Shown here: positions 12,791 to 25,873 of the stretch, in pieces
How the letters are laid out: every line of letters starts with the position of its first letter
How positions within the stretch are numbered: the first letter of the stretch is position 1
Source of the DNA: Octopus bimaculoides
Taxonomy: Eukaryota
Direction: 5' to 3'
NCBI RefSeq assembly: GCF_001194135.2
Contig: NC_068984.1
Span: 98,595,426 to 98,659,425 of the forward strand
Length of the DNA stretch: 64,000 bases
Position numbers and translations under genes: made by a program
Notes under the pieces: generated by a model
What the model saw: only the letters and a program-made list of their open reading frames with translations
Databases searched by the model: none
Told to the model about the DNA's origin: nothing

Positions 12791-13532
12791 TATTTACATC
12801 TACACTAAATTTTAATTAGTTCCATCTGCAGCCATCTTAAGTGTCATATTCTTGGATAAGTTCATATCTCTTGTCTCAGTTTGAATTAAGATCCTAAACT
12901 ATCTCCGTGTGTCTTACTCCAGGATGTATAGTATTACGTTACTCCAGTCTCAAACTAAGTACCTCTGTTTTCCTGAAGTAAAATTAACAATAATGCTCTT
13001 ATCTCCAAGGTCACTGGAGATACCTAATGACAGATCAAACTAATGTAAATACAAACAATTTTTCCATCTCTGAGATGAAGTTAATTGTCTGAAAAATATT
13101 TTACAAAATTGTTTCATCTCTGACAGTGAAGTTAATAGTCTGAAAAATTATAATGTCATTACCAACAGTGATGGTGGTGCTTCAGAGTGGTCACACTTCA
13201 GTGACTCAAGTCAGGAACAGAGTAAAAGGCTAACTCTTTCAGATTTTTAGAAATTAAATTTTTAGAATAAGTAAATGTCTTCCTTGACGAAATGTTTTGT
13301 TTCTTCTGAATTTCTCTGTGCTTGTTATTGCTATTGTTGTTAGTGGATAGTAGTCTACACAAACAGTTATCTCAGTTATAAATCTGTCTCATTTATAAAT
13401 CTACAAAGTAGTAGCTCGTGAAATATTGTAGAATATAGAGAGTATAGTATAGTAGTGACTTCCTGAATATAGTACAGTGGTTGCTCATGGTATATTAAAC
13501 AGCAGTAGATCATGTAATATATGGCATAATAG

Positions 13533-13745
13533 AAGGCAGTGAGCTGGCAGAATTGTTAGCACGTGAAGCAAAATTCTTAGTAGCATTTCATCCATCTTTA
13601 TGTTCTGAGTTAAAATTCTGCTGAGGTTAACTGCTTTTCATCCTTTTGGGGTCAATAAAATAAGTACCAGTCGAATACTGAGATGGATATAATCAACTAT
13701 CCCCCTTCACTCGAAGTTGTTGGCCTTGTGCTAAACTTTGAAACC
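13533..13745 (+). mobile_element. SINE family B, near full length
   Basis: A-box-like GAGCTGGCAGAATTGTTAG, B-box-like GAGTTAAAATTC, central TTTCATCCTTTTGGGGTCAATAAAATAAGTACCAG. Further copies at about 1560, 23400, 23560 and 38330. Confidence 0.8.
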
Positions 13746-13912
13746 AATATATAGTATAATAGTGAGAAAATGAATAGGATATGCTATAGTATTGTAGTGG
13801 CAGACTGAATATAGTGTGGTTGTATGACTAAACACAATATAGTAAGGGCTGACCAAATATAGTATACAGTGGCAACTGACTAATTGAGCAGAAACCACTG
13901 GGAGCTCTAGAG

Positions 13913-14260
13913 CAGGGGTTATCAACCATGTTTTGTCTGTGGACTCCTTTGATTACTATTTTATTCTGGTGGACCCCCATAACCATTCGATGTTTAAAAC
14001 TAGTTTTATAGACGCTTCTTCCAAAATTCCTATTTTGTTTGATCCCATGTTAACCTGTGTAGGTTGAACTATGAAAATGTTAGAGAAAGAAACTGAGCAG
14101 TTTCTTTTAATAAATAGCAATGCATACATCTGGAGCAAAATTTTTTCCAGGGCCTTTAAAATACTATTGTGGATTTCCAATTAACTATTTTGTTATGTGG
14201 ACCCCCAAAAATCTAATATGGATCTCCAGGGACCATATGGACCCTGGTTGAGAACCACTG
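13913..14260. mobile_element. hAT (Charlie-like) MITE, 348 bp
   Basis: TIRs CAGGGGTTATCAACC / GGTTGAGAACCACTG; 8-bp TSD CTCTAGAG (13905-13912) / CTCCAGAC (14261-14268), fitting the NTCTAGAN target preference. Confidence 0.9.
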
Positions 14261-14334
14261 CTCCAGACTAAACAATGAAACAAATATATATATATATATA
14301 TAAAAGAAAAAAGAAATTTTGTTGGGAAATGTTC

Positions 14335-14655
14335 TGGCTCTGTTGGTTACAACAATGAGTGCTCCAGTTGATATGATCAACCAAACAGCCAGCTCATGAT
14401 ATTAATATGCAAGTGGCTGAGCTCTCCATAGACATGTACACTCTTAATATAGTTTACAGGAAGATTCAGTGTGACACAGAATGTGACGAAGATGGGTCTT
14501 TGAATTACAGGTACAACTCTTTTTTGCCCACTGAGTGGACTGGAGCAATGAGAAATAAAGTGTCTTGCACATGGACACAAGGTGTCACTAGAAATTGAAC
14601 ACTTAACCTTATGATCATCAGCCAAATACCTTAGCCACTAAGCCACACACCTTCA
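14335..14655 (-). mobile_element. SINE family C
   Basis: Reverse complement of the 10685 and 63577 family. Confidence 0.8.
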
Positions 14656-15309
14656 CAACATGAAATAATTCTTAGAAAAAGAAAATGAATTATTTCATGA
14701 CATGAAACAATTAGAAAGTGACGAAATTAGCAATGGTTTATATTAGTGAGGAGCAGCTATGAAAATTACCCTGGTAGAAGAATTCAGTTAAAAAAAAAAA
14801 AAAAGAACGGCAGATCCCACTGTTCTTCATGGTGCTTATTTCATGAATTGTGTTAATTTTTCTTAAATTCTTGTTTAAATTTAAAGAAAATAGAATATTT
14901 ACAAAAAATTCTAGAATATTGAGAATGAAAAATACAATATTCTGTATCTTCTCATTTTTTTTCTCCTTAAACAAAGCTTCCATTAAATTTCTTTTGAATA
15001 ATTATATAACACACATGCACACTCATGCATGCACATGCACACACACACACAAACATTCTTTAAAATGCACAAACATATACAAAAGACGCAATATTGATTT
15101 ATTTCTTGAATTATTAATATTTTAATTATTTTTTAAAAATTTATTTGTTTTATTTATTTATTTATGAAGTTGATTAAATTTTTAACAATCAGTTTATATC
15201 ATTAAAAAAAATGTAATAAGAGAATTATCGAAGTTTCTGGTGGTGGCTGGGGTATCATGCAATGAACAGAACACAGACTTAAAGTACCGAAAAGATAAGT
15301 TATATAATA

Positions 15310-15354
15310 ATGATGATGAAAATGATGGCGATGATGATGATGATGATGATGATG

Positions 15355-15387
<33 letters not shown>

Positions 15388-15600
15388 GTTGTTGTTGCTA
15401 TCTTTGTAAGTAAGATTAAAATTATAACATTGGCAACAAAGTCTTTATCACTGCCATCAATACATTTTCTCCATCAACACTGCAACCACCACTACCACAA
15501 CTACCACCACCAACAACAACAACAATGATAACTTCATCATCATCATTGTCACCACCAACATCATCAGCATCACCATTATCATCAAGTTTGTTATCATTAA
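15310..15600. repeat. (GAT)n/(ATT)n/(CAC/CAA/CAT)n low-complexity tract
   Basis: Seen directly. Confidence 0.9.
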
Positions 15601-15849
15601 CAAACCCAATACACCACCACTGCTCTCAGCAACACCCACATCAACAAGAGTAACAAAAACAAAAACAAAATATTTCTGTGTTTGGTCTTTGACATCAAAG
15701 GAACTGGAGACAATTGACCAGACTTCAATTCTTAGACATTTGATTACCATTTAACCTTCCAATAAACTTTCCTAAATTCTATCTGAAATTACCATCCATC
15801 TATATATCTGTCTGTCCATATGTATTTCTTTCTCCCTCTCCCTCTTTCT

Positions 15850-15886
<37 letters not shown>

Positions 15887-16000
15887 TGTATGTATACAGA
15901 GACAGAAAGAGAGAGTGAGAAATAGATACACATACACACACTCATACGCGCACATAGGTAATTGTTTATTCCTTTGTCATCTCATTGTCCTTGTCCTATC

Positions 16001-16049
<49 letters not shown>

Positions 16050-16209
16050 GTAATATTTTGGAGTAATGAGTATATGTTGATTAGTGTGTTAATGTGTTGA
16101 GTAAAGCACTAGCACGGTTTGGGCTATCTGGTGTCATCCGCAGTTGGGGTATATGTTTGGTGGATTTCCTTCAAGAATTCTGCAGTGTTAGTTGAGATAA
16201 TAATAATTG

Positions 16210-16440
16210 ATTAAATAACCAGAAGATGGATGGGCAAATAACAACATGACCACCCGAACTCAAGATCTTTAGCGTGACACCGCTTTATTTATGGATGTAC
16301 TTAATGTGACCCAAACTGCAAAAGGGATGCAACACATGGTTCATGAAGTCCCACCCATAAGGAACTGTAGCAAGATGGATTGAAATGGTCATCATACAAA
16401 ATAAAGAGTAATACCAAAATCCATCTTTTGGTTATTTAAT
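16210..16440. mobile_element. Putative MITE with 22-bp TIRs
   Basis: ATTAAATAACCAGAAGATGGAT (16210-16231) is inverted to ATCCATCTTTTGGTTATTTAAT (16419-16440), 21/22 match. The interior weakly resembles the Tc1/mariner WPPxSPDL region. Confidence 0.65.
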
Positions 16441-17452
16441 ATATATATGCATATATATGTATGTGTGTATATATGTATATATTGTGTATATATATATANN
16501 NNNNNNNNNNNNNNNNNNNNNNNNNNNNNNNNNNNNNNNNNNNNNNNNNNNNNNNNNNNNNNNNNNNNNNNNNNNNNNNNNNNNNNNNNNNNNTATATAA
16601 GATATTTAGTAGTGTTGTCTGCAGCTTTAGATATATACTTTTGCTATCTAGAAATATAAGCATGCATAAAATTATTACAATTTAACTTTCAATGAATTTC
16701 TTGATGCTTCTACAAAATTATGAAATAGATGCTAATTAAAAAAAAAAAATATAACCTTAAAACAAAATTAGATAAAAAAGACTTCTTATTTGTATAACTC
16801 CTTCAGTAACTACTCTGCCATCTACCTGCTCTCCTTCTTCTCTACCTCTGTGATACTTTCTGCCTTGCTCTGTTTAGCATATAGCTTTCCTTTACTCATT
16901 GCCCATCACTCAGTCTAGTATTTGCACTCATCATCTACCTCTCATGTTCATCTTCCCTGTATTTCCCTTTTATTCTCTCTTCCTCTACTCTATATGATGT
17001 AAAACAACCAATGTTTATCTATATTTGATATAGTGAATATATATATTCTTTTATTCTTTTACCTGTTTCAGTAATTTGACTGCAGTCATGCTGGAGCACT
17101 ACCTTGAAGGGTTCTAGTCTAACAAATTGACCCCAGGACTTATTTCTTAAGCCTAGTACTTATTTTATTGGTCTCTTTTGCTGAACTGGGATGTAAAAAC
17201 ACCAACACTGGTTGTCAAGTGGTGATGGCAGGACAATGCACAGACACATGCACATAAACATATATCTAGATATAAGACGTGCCTGTGTGGTAAGAAACTT
17301 GCTTCCCAACCACATGGTTTTTCGGGTTCAGTCCCACTGCATGGCACCTTGGGCAAGTGTCTTCTACTATAGCTTCAGGCTGATCAAAGCCTTGTGAGTG
17401 AATTTAGTAGATGGAAACTGAAAGAAGCCTGTCATATATATATATATATATA

Positions 17453-18312
17453 NNNNNNNNNNNNNNNNNNNNNNNNNNNNNNNNNNNNNNNNNNNNNNNN
17501 NNNNNNNNNNNNNNNNNNNNNNNNNNNNNNNNNNNNNNNNNNNNNNNNNNNNNNNNNNNNNNNNNNNNNNNNNNNNNNNNNNNNNNNNNNNNNNNNNNNN
17601 NNNNNNNNNNNNNNNNNNNNNNNNNNNNNNNNNNNNNNNNNNNNNNNNNNNNNNNNNNNNNNNNNNNNNNNNNNNNNNNNNNNNNNNNNNNNNNNNNNNN
17701 NNNNNNNNNNNNNNNNNNNNNNNNNNNNNNNNNNNNNNNNNNNNNNNNNNNNNNNNNNNNNNNNNNNNNNNNNNNNNNNNNNNNNNNNNNNNNNNNNNNN
17801 NNNNNNNNNNNNNNNNNNNNNNNNNNNNNNNNNNNNNNNNNNNNNNNNNNNNNNNNNNNNNNNNNNNNNNNNNNNNNNNNNNNNNNNNNNNNNNNNNNNN
17901 NNNNNNNNNNNNNNNNNNNNNNNNNNNNNNNNNNNNNNNNNNNNNNNNNNNNNNNNNNNNNNNNNNNNNNNNNNNNNNNNNNNNNNNNNNNNNNNNNNNN
18001 NNNNNNNNNNNNNNNNNNNNNNNNNNNNNNNNNNNNNNNNNNNNNNNNNNNNNNNNNNNNNNNNNNNNNNNNNNNNNNNNNNNNNNNNNNNNNNNNNNNN
18101 NNNNNNNNNNNNNNNNNNNNNNNNNNNNNNNNNNNNNNNNNNNNNNNNNNNNNNNNNNNNNNNNNNNNNNNNNNNNNNNNNNNNNNNNNNNNNNNNNNNN
18201 NNNNNNNNNNNNNNNNNNNNNNNNNNNNNNNNNNNNNNNNNNNNNNNNNNNNNNNNNNNNNNNNNNNNNNNNNNNNNNNNNNNNNNNNNNNNNNNNNNNN
18301 NNNNNNNNNNNN
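17453..18312. other. Assembly gap (others at about 8862, 16499, 19050, 21633, 25117-25873, 35409, 40093, 41366-41937, 44071, 50573-51482, 59718-60358)
   Basis: N runs; they may hide exons or repeat copies. Confidence 0.99.
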
Positions 18313-18500
18313 GCTACCCTATGATTTATTAATAATGATAAAATATTTTTTGGCTAATTTCTGAAAGAAAATCAGCATTTTTTGTATTTGCTGCCGATAA
18401 GGTAAACCGCACATGCACAGTAAATTTTGAAAAATTAAGCATATAAGCATAAGTCATGTTTCCTATGTAGTGACTCGTGTTTATATGTTCTATCTAGGTA

Positions 18501-18574
18501 TTCCGCTGAAGATAGCTGACCTGGCAAAATATTTTTTTTATTTTGCTAAAATAGCTTGAAACCATGGTACGGAA
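18501..18574 (+). ncRNA. Type I hammerhead ribozyme, intact core
   Basis: TTCCG-CTGAAGA-T-AGCT[..GCAAAATA-T7-TATTTTGC..]AGCT-T-GAA-ACCATGGT-A^CGGAA. Helix I 5 bp, palindromic helix III, GUA triplet; predicted cleavage 18569/18570. Confidence 0.85.
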
Positions 18575-18964
18575 AATAGATTGGTAAATGTTTTTATTTC
18601 TCATTCCCTTTCGAAATTATCCCTATTTTTGTGGTATAGAGTTTTTTGCTGCTCTTTCTAGCAGGTTAGATGTCCTATTATAGGCATCTCTGTATTTTAA
18701 ATATATATGTATGTATTTATGTATATATTTGTGTGTCTGTGTTTGTTCCCCCTTACCATCGATTGATAACCGATGTTGGTATGCTTACGTCCTGGAAATT
18801 TAGTGGTTTGGTAAAAGAGACTGATAGAATAAGTACTAGGCTTACAAAGAATAAGTCCCTAGGTCGATTTGTTCGACTAAAGGCAGTGTTCCAGTATAGA
18901 TGCAGTCAAATGACTGAACCAAGAAGAAAAAAAAAAAATATATATATATATATCTATATATCTA

Positions 18965-19049
<85 letters not shown>

Positions 19050-19298
19050 NNNNNNNNNNNNNNNNNNNNNNNNNNNNNNNNNNNNNNNNNNNNNNNATAT
19101 ATATATGCACATACACACACGCACACACAATATTGGTTTGAAAAGTTCATAAGCTGACTATGAGTGAGTGATGCTAGAGTTGTGAAATCTTGCATGCATT
19201 AATTTAAACCCTTCTTATTAACAACTACATTGTTTCTGTTCAACTAAACTGGCATCTGACTGTTCAGAGACTTCAAAAGTAACTGGTAGCAACTTCTC

Positions 19299-20285
19299 TT
19301 GAAAACAGACAAAAATTGGTATTGTGGTGTTATCAAATACGTGCACAAAATGGCCTTAGACTCCAACGACAGTCATGTTGATCTGGTTGCTACATTAGGG
19401 GATGATGTTACAGCTTTATCAACAATGCAGAAGTGGGTAGCTGAATTTAAGTGGGGAATGGATAGTCTTGAAGATGACCCATTATCTGGATGTCCTGCAA
19501 CTGCCACTGCTGGGGAAAACATTTATTGTATTCAGCACATGGTGATGGATGACAAGCAATTGACTATAAATCTAATAGCCAGTGCTATGAGCATATTGTT
19601 TGAGAGAGTTGAGAATATTCTGCACAACAAACGTGGCATGATGAAGGCTTCTGCCCAGTGGGTGCTGAATCTTCTAACACTTGATCAAAAGTGCATCAAG
19701 CTGACCACACCATGGAAAAATCTGACATTGTTTCAAGCAGATCTAGTTGGTTTCCTTGAATGTTTCCTAAGCCAAGATGAGTGTTGGGTTCATCACTCTG
19801 AGCAAGAGACAAAGAGACAATCCATCCAGTGGATACACCTCTCCTCACCTACTTTAATGCAGTCCAAGGTTGTTTCAACTTCAAGGAAAGAGATGGCCTC
19901 AGTTTTTTGGGATGCAAGAGGCATTGTGTTTATTGACTATTGTCAAAAGTACCACACTGTCAATGAAGAGTACGATGCCAACTTGCTGAGGCAGTGAGAG
20001 GCTATCTAGACCAAACACCCAGAAAAACTGATGAAAGGAGTCTTGTTTCATTAGGACAATGATCCAGCACACAAGCCTTTGGTTTCAATGACTGCTGTGC
20101 GGGGCTGTGGCTTTGAACTGGTTGATCACTCTCCCTATAAACCTGGTTTGGCCACATCTGACTATCATCTGTTCCACAACATGAAAAGACACATGGTTGG
20201 GAACCGATATCACAGTGATGATGACATCATATCTACTGTTGTTGATGTTTTTGAGCAACAAGATGAAAACTTTTTCACCAATGGG
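19299..20285 (+). pseudogene. Mariner (DD34D) transposase pseudogene
   Basis: EDDPLSGCP, QWVLNLLT, SQDECWVHH, FH*DNDPAH-(34 aa)-DYHLF; D2-D3 spacing counted as 34; stops and a frameshift; 3'-truncated. Confidence 0.92.
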
Positions 20286-20380
20286 ATCCACATATATGTA
20301 TATATATATTGTCATGTTTTGAATTCTAATTTATTTGTTTGCTTCACCAAATCTGTATATGTATGTGTGTAGTATATATA

Positions 20381-20772
20381 AGGCATGGTTGTACAGTAAG
20401 AAGCTTGCTTCCGAACCACATAGTTCCAGGTTCAGTCCCACTGCATGTCACCTTAGGCAAGTGTCTTCTACTATATCCTCTGGCCAACCAAAGCTTTGTG
20501 AGTGGATTTGGTCAATGGAAACTGAAAGAAGCCTGTTGTGTATATATATATGTGTGTGTGTCTTTGTATCTGTGTTCATCCCCCCACCATCGCTTGTCAA
20601 CTGATGTTGATGTGTTTATGTCCCTGTAACATAGTGATTCAGCAAAAGCAACTGATAGAATAAGTACTAGGCTTACAAAGAATAAGTCCTGGGGTTGATT
20701 TCTTCAACTAAAACCCTTAAAGGCAGTGCTCCAGTATGGCCGCAGTCAAATGACTGAACCAAGTAAAAGAAT
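20381..20772 (+). mobile_element. SINE family A, full length
   Basis: Head, central (TA/TG) tract, and tail GATAGAATAAGTACTAGGCTTACAAAG...ATGACTGAACCAAGTAAAAGA. Confidence 0.85.
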
Positions 20773-21590
20773 AGAGAGACAGACAGACATACAGACAGAT
20801 AACATGACTAATGTGAATAAATATTAGTTCAAAAAATTTCATCTCGTTTGGTGTTTTAATTCCACTCACCTCTAGACTTTATTTTCTTTATAAGTAGACC
20901 ATAATTCCTGATGATGAAAGTTCCAATTAAAACCAGCAGGCAGCCACTCTGAATATTAAACTGTTTTATCTCAGACACTTAGTGCAAAAAGACAAAAGAA
21001 AGAAAACATTCAAAACAAACAAACAGAAAACATTACAAATGTCAGTGAAAAAGATTTGTGTTCTTTTCCCCAAGAATGAGCATGGTTCTGAAGTTCTGAA
21101 AACAGAACTTTCATTTCTAATAGGAATAAAAGGTTGTTATTTAACAATAAAAAAGAAAGAAAACTGGAAGCAGAATTAATATCATCTTTATATATTTGAA
21201 TGTATAAAGTTCAACCAGAAAATGTTGAAACTTTTAAAAAATTTGTTTATTTTTGAAAAACTTTTTGGATTTTTTAAAATTCTATTTTACATTCCAGTTG
21301 TAGGCAGTGTTGTCTTAAACAACAATAATCCTTTTTTTTTTAAGACTTACCAAAGATATATAATCCCATCTGAGCTTGGAAAGATTTTGTAATAAAAGAC
21401 ACTTAGCTCTTTGTAATATCTTATCCTAAAGAGAATCTTGGGAAATTAAAATCCCTGAAAATTTTGAGAAGAAAAAATATTTACACACACGCACATACAT
21501 ACATTCATACATTCATACATACATACATACATACACATATATAAATATATATACATATATAAGATAATATAATATAAAATAACATATCTA

Positions 21591-21632
<42 letters not shown>

Positions 21633-21654
21633 NNNNNNNNNNCACATATGTGTC

Positions 21655-21713
<59 letters not shown>

Positions 21714-22881
21714 AGATTTTAACAAAGAAAAATATTTGCTGTTCTTGCTTTCTTTCTTCTTTCTTTCTGCCTATAATTCCTCCATTTTTCGTCTTTCATT
21801 CTGTCTGCTTTTCTTTCATCTTCATTTCAATCTTCTTTTCTTTCTTCTTCTCCTCCTTTCTCCCCATTCATTTTATTTTTGGTGAATTCCTAAATAAATC
21901 TATTTTATAGCAATAAAACCAGAATAAAAATGTGAAGAAATTAAGTATCTGGAGAATTATTCTTGTGTGTATGAATGCATATGTATATGAGTGCATTTGC
22001 ACACATGTGTATGTATGTCTGTATATGAGTGTTTATTTCTATGTATATTTGAGAATGTTTGCATGTCTACAAGTATACATCTGTGTATATCTGTGTGTGA
22101 AATATATGTTTGTGTTGCTGATTGTGTGTCTCTGAATCTGTCTGTGAGTATGCATGAATGTGTTTTGCAAGGGGTTGCAAATGTGTGTCTGCAAGTGTGT
22201 GTATGTGTGAGTGCCATTCACAAAAGAATGTTGAAATAACATAAATTATATGGATGTTTGGAAATGAAAGTTTGATTGGTTGTTAGTTAGTCAGCTGTTA
22301 AACTATCCAATAGATATATTTTCCCTATTCCACTTGGGTTAACATCCAACTGAGGATCTGAAGAAAGAAAAGAGAATCTTGTTTCACCAATAATTTTGTT
22401 ACAAGACATTTAGAAAAGTCTTTTAAGTTGTAAATTATATTTTATTCTAAGGAATGTTTTGTTAATATCTCTTTGAAAGAGTGTCAGTGATAATGTTGTA
22501 TAGTGATGTTTTGTGGTGCTGCCGTGTGGTTGATGTTGTGTGGTATAGCATGCTGGTGTTGTTGGATTGTGTTGTGTAGTTTTGTGTGCTGGTGTTATAT
22601 GGCGTTTTGAGGTAGTGTTATGTGGTAACAGCCTAGTGCTTGTTGCAGTCATCCCCACTTCCCACTGTCACATCCTGGACATTTAGCTGGGTTAATGTGA
22701 TTACTTGGGCACCTAGGGTCATTGATGAAAGCTTGGCACATGCCAATACCCAATCATAATCCTATAGCCCTATTGTATTAAATTGAATACCCTGATTTGC
22801 ATAAATGATGCATTTTTACTGGCCTGTTCATTGACTAAACTAATTATATAGTAGCAGTATTTGTATTTGGTGCTATGATAG

Positions 22882-23185
22882 TGTAGTAACGCCGTGCGCA
22901 TGCGTAGTCTCACGCATGCGCGGAATTCAACAAGCAAGCGTTCCCGCTTCTATTCTGTCTCTTTCTTGCTGGCCAGCGATTGAGCATGGACGTGTTTAGC
23001 TGTCTCTCTCCATCTTTCGGACTTACGCTCGACAGCTCGCTTACATCTACATACCAACGTCCCAACAACAATGCTCACACACACAGAAGCTGTAACAACA
23101 AACAAGAGCTAAAGATGTATATATTTACCACCTGAATAAATGTTGTTTAAGTTGATAGTCTGGAGTTCAGCGTTCCGTTATATTC
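22882..23185 (+). mobile_element. Putative solo LTR (about 300 bp)
   Basis: Starts TGTAGTAACG, ends ...CGTTATA (degenerate inverted end); CpG-rich relative to flanks; AATAAA near 23136; no clear TSD. Confidence 0.55.
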
Positions 23186-23754
23186 TAATTTTATATAGGA
23201 AAGTCAGGTATACATCTAATGATGTATAACCCACTTTCCTATAATAGTATTAGAATAAACCTATGTTGTATTTGGACCATGATAGATATTCCTGGCTGAA
23301 TCATTTATTAATTGCCTCAAAGGCCGTCCTTTAATTATAGTTAGTTCTATAATTGCTGTTAATTTTTTGTTAATAATTTATTCTTTAATTTTATTGACTC
23401 TGAAAATTGAGTTCAATGGCATTTATGTTCTGGTTCAAATCTCATGGATGTCATCTTTAATTGAACTTGATAAAATAAAGTACCAGTGAAGTGTTAGGCT
23501 CAATGTAATTGGCATTTACCTTCTCCACCCAGCAAAAACATTGATTGTCTTATGGATAAAATGTATTTCTTCCAGCTCTTTGCATCCTGAATTCAAATCT
23601 TGCTGAAGTTAACTTCCCCTTTAATCCTTTCCAGGTTGATGAAATAAAGTACCAATTATGTATACTGGGGTTTATAATATCAACTAACAACATCCTCTTA
23701 AAACTGCTGATGTTGTGCTTAAATCAGAAACCATTATTATTATGTTATTATTGA

Positions 23755-24290
23755 GTGAGAGAGAAGTGTATGCCATCAAAGTGACACTGGGATAAAATAT
23801 ACAAAGCCCAGTATACCCATCATGACTACCCGTCTGATAATGGTACACAAGGTACATGGATCACAACCATATGTGCATGACATGGTGATCTCATATCAAA
23901 ATTAACAGTGCATGACCTGGGGCCCAGTTAAAATTTTCTTCAGGCTGAATAGCCCATCCTGCTCAAAAGGTCCCTGAATAAGGGTTGTTTAAGGATGTTG
24001 AATGAAACACCCAGGTTTCCAGAGGTGAATTATCCAAACCCCAAAGAATTCCTCTCAACACATGGCTATGATGCTCCCCCACTACTTCTGCTCATGATCA
24101 GAGATGCACATATTGTCAGCCAGTAAGGGACATGCTCAACTGGTTATGGTCAAACAACTGACAAGCAAATCTGTGGTATAGCTGTAGCCCATCTTTTATA
24201 CCAAGACAAAACAATGTACATGATAACACTTCCAATCAATTAAGATCAGAAGCCATGAGAGCCATGGTACTGCATCAGGGCATATTATTA
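23755..24290 (-). mobile_element. Unclassified retroposon-like repeat with (TAA)n tail
   Basis: Higher-complexity block ending on the minus strand in ..TCTCTCACTCAATAATAACATAATAATAAT; no ORF. Confidence 0.5.
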
Positions 24291-24412
24291 TTTTGTCTAT
24301 TATGAAAGACTCTTGGATAGTTCTTAATTACCTGTTATTCTTTACTTGAAAGCAGGCAATAATAAATCACTAAAGGTTTCAATAATAAATCACTAAAGGT
24401 TTCTCTTGTGAC

Positions 24413-25116
24413 TCAAAGAGACAATACTCTCCTTAGAATGCGAGCTGTACCAAACAATACAGTCTTCTGGATCACCTCGAGCCTGACAGCAACTCCAATG
24501 TTCTTAATATGTTTTTCAAAGCCCTTGGAAACTGCTCCTAATGCTCCAATTACCACTGATATTACTTTCCTTATACCCCATAACTTTCCTATCTCATCCC
24601 ACAGTGGTTGGTATTTCTCACTCTTGTCTGTTTCCTTACATTTCACCCTTGATTTGCCTGGCATTGCAATATCTTTTATCTTTACTTCTTTTTCATCTTT
24701 ATGGATGAGCATGATATCTGGTTGTCTTGCCTCTATGACTTGATTGCACTGCATGTTAAAATCCCAGAGTATTTTGTAATGTTTATTTTCCATTACTCCC
24801 TCTGGCTTGTGTTCATACCATTGTTCAGCTCTCTTGAGGTTTGCTTTGCCACACAACAGCCAGTGGACATATCTGACCACATTGTCGTGTCTCCTTTTGT
24901 ATTCACATTGTGCAAACTTACAGCACTCACTAACAATGTGGCTTATACTTTCTCCCTTCTCAGAGCACATCCCACATTGTGATGAGTCAGTGCTTTTATC
25001 AATGTGATATTTGGAGTAGTTTGTTCAGAGAGATTGTTCTTGAGTGCTGCTCACTAATGCCTCAAAGGGCCCTTTTAAGCCTCCTTTCTGCAGAAATGGC
25101 CAGGTTCTATTCCAAT
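24413..25116 (-). pseudogene. R4/Dong-clade non-LTR retrotransposon C-terminus (CCHC knuckle and restriction-like endonuclease)
   Basis: CGMCSEKGESISHIVSEC, RRHDNVVRYVHW, KILWDF, ARQPDIMLI..KIKDIAMP..KYQPL, VVIGALG, EVIQKTVLFGTARILRRVL; runs into a gap. Confidence 0.9.
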
Positions 25117-25873
25117 NNNNNNNNNNNNNNNNNNNNNNNNNNNNNNNNNNNNNNNNNNNNNNNNNNNNNNNNNNNNNNNNNNNNNNNNNNNNNNNNNNNN
25201 NNNNNNNNNNNNNNNNNNNNNNNNNNNNNNNNNNNNNNNNNNNNNNNNNNNNNNNNNNNNNNNNNNNNNNNNNNNNNNNNNNNNNNNNNNNNNNNNNNNN
25301 NNNNNNNNNNNNNNNNNNNNNNNNNNNNNNNNNNNNNNNNNNNNNNNNNNNNNNNNNNNNNNNNNNNNNNNNNNNNNNNNNNNNNNNNNNNNNNNNNNNN
25401 NNNNNNNNNNNNNNNNNNNNNNNNNNNNNNNNNNNNNNNNNNNNNNNNNNNNNNNNNNNNNNNNNNNNNNNNNNNNNNNNNNNNNNNNNNNNNNNNNNNN
25501 NNNNNNNNNNNNNNNNNNNNNNNNNNNNNNNNNNNNNNNNNNNNNNNNNNNNNNNNNNNNNNNNNNNNNNNNNNNNNNNNNNNNNNNNNNNNNNNNNNNN
25601 NNNNNNNNNNNNNNNNNNNNNNNNNNNNNNNNNNNNNNNNNNNNNNNNNNNNNNNNNNNNNNNNNNNNNNNNNNNNNNNNNNNNNNNNNNNNNNNNNNNN
25701 NNNNNNNNNNNNNNNNNNNNNNNNNNNNNNNNNNNNNNNNNNNNNNNNNNNNNNNNNNNNNNNNNNNNNNNNNNNNNNNNNNNNNNNNNNNNNNNNNNNN
25801 NNNNNNNNNNNNNNNNNNNNNNNNNNNNNNNNNNNNNNNNNNNNNNNNNNNNNNNNNNNNNNNNNNNNNNNNN

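Noticed and set aside
20900-20945. CCTGATGATGAAAG hammerhead-like start
   Set aside because: No consistent helix I, II or III could be built.
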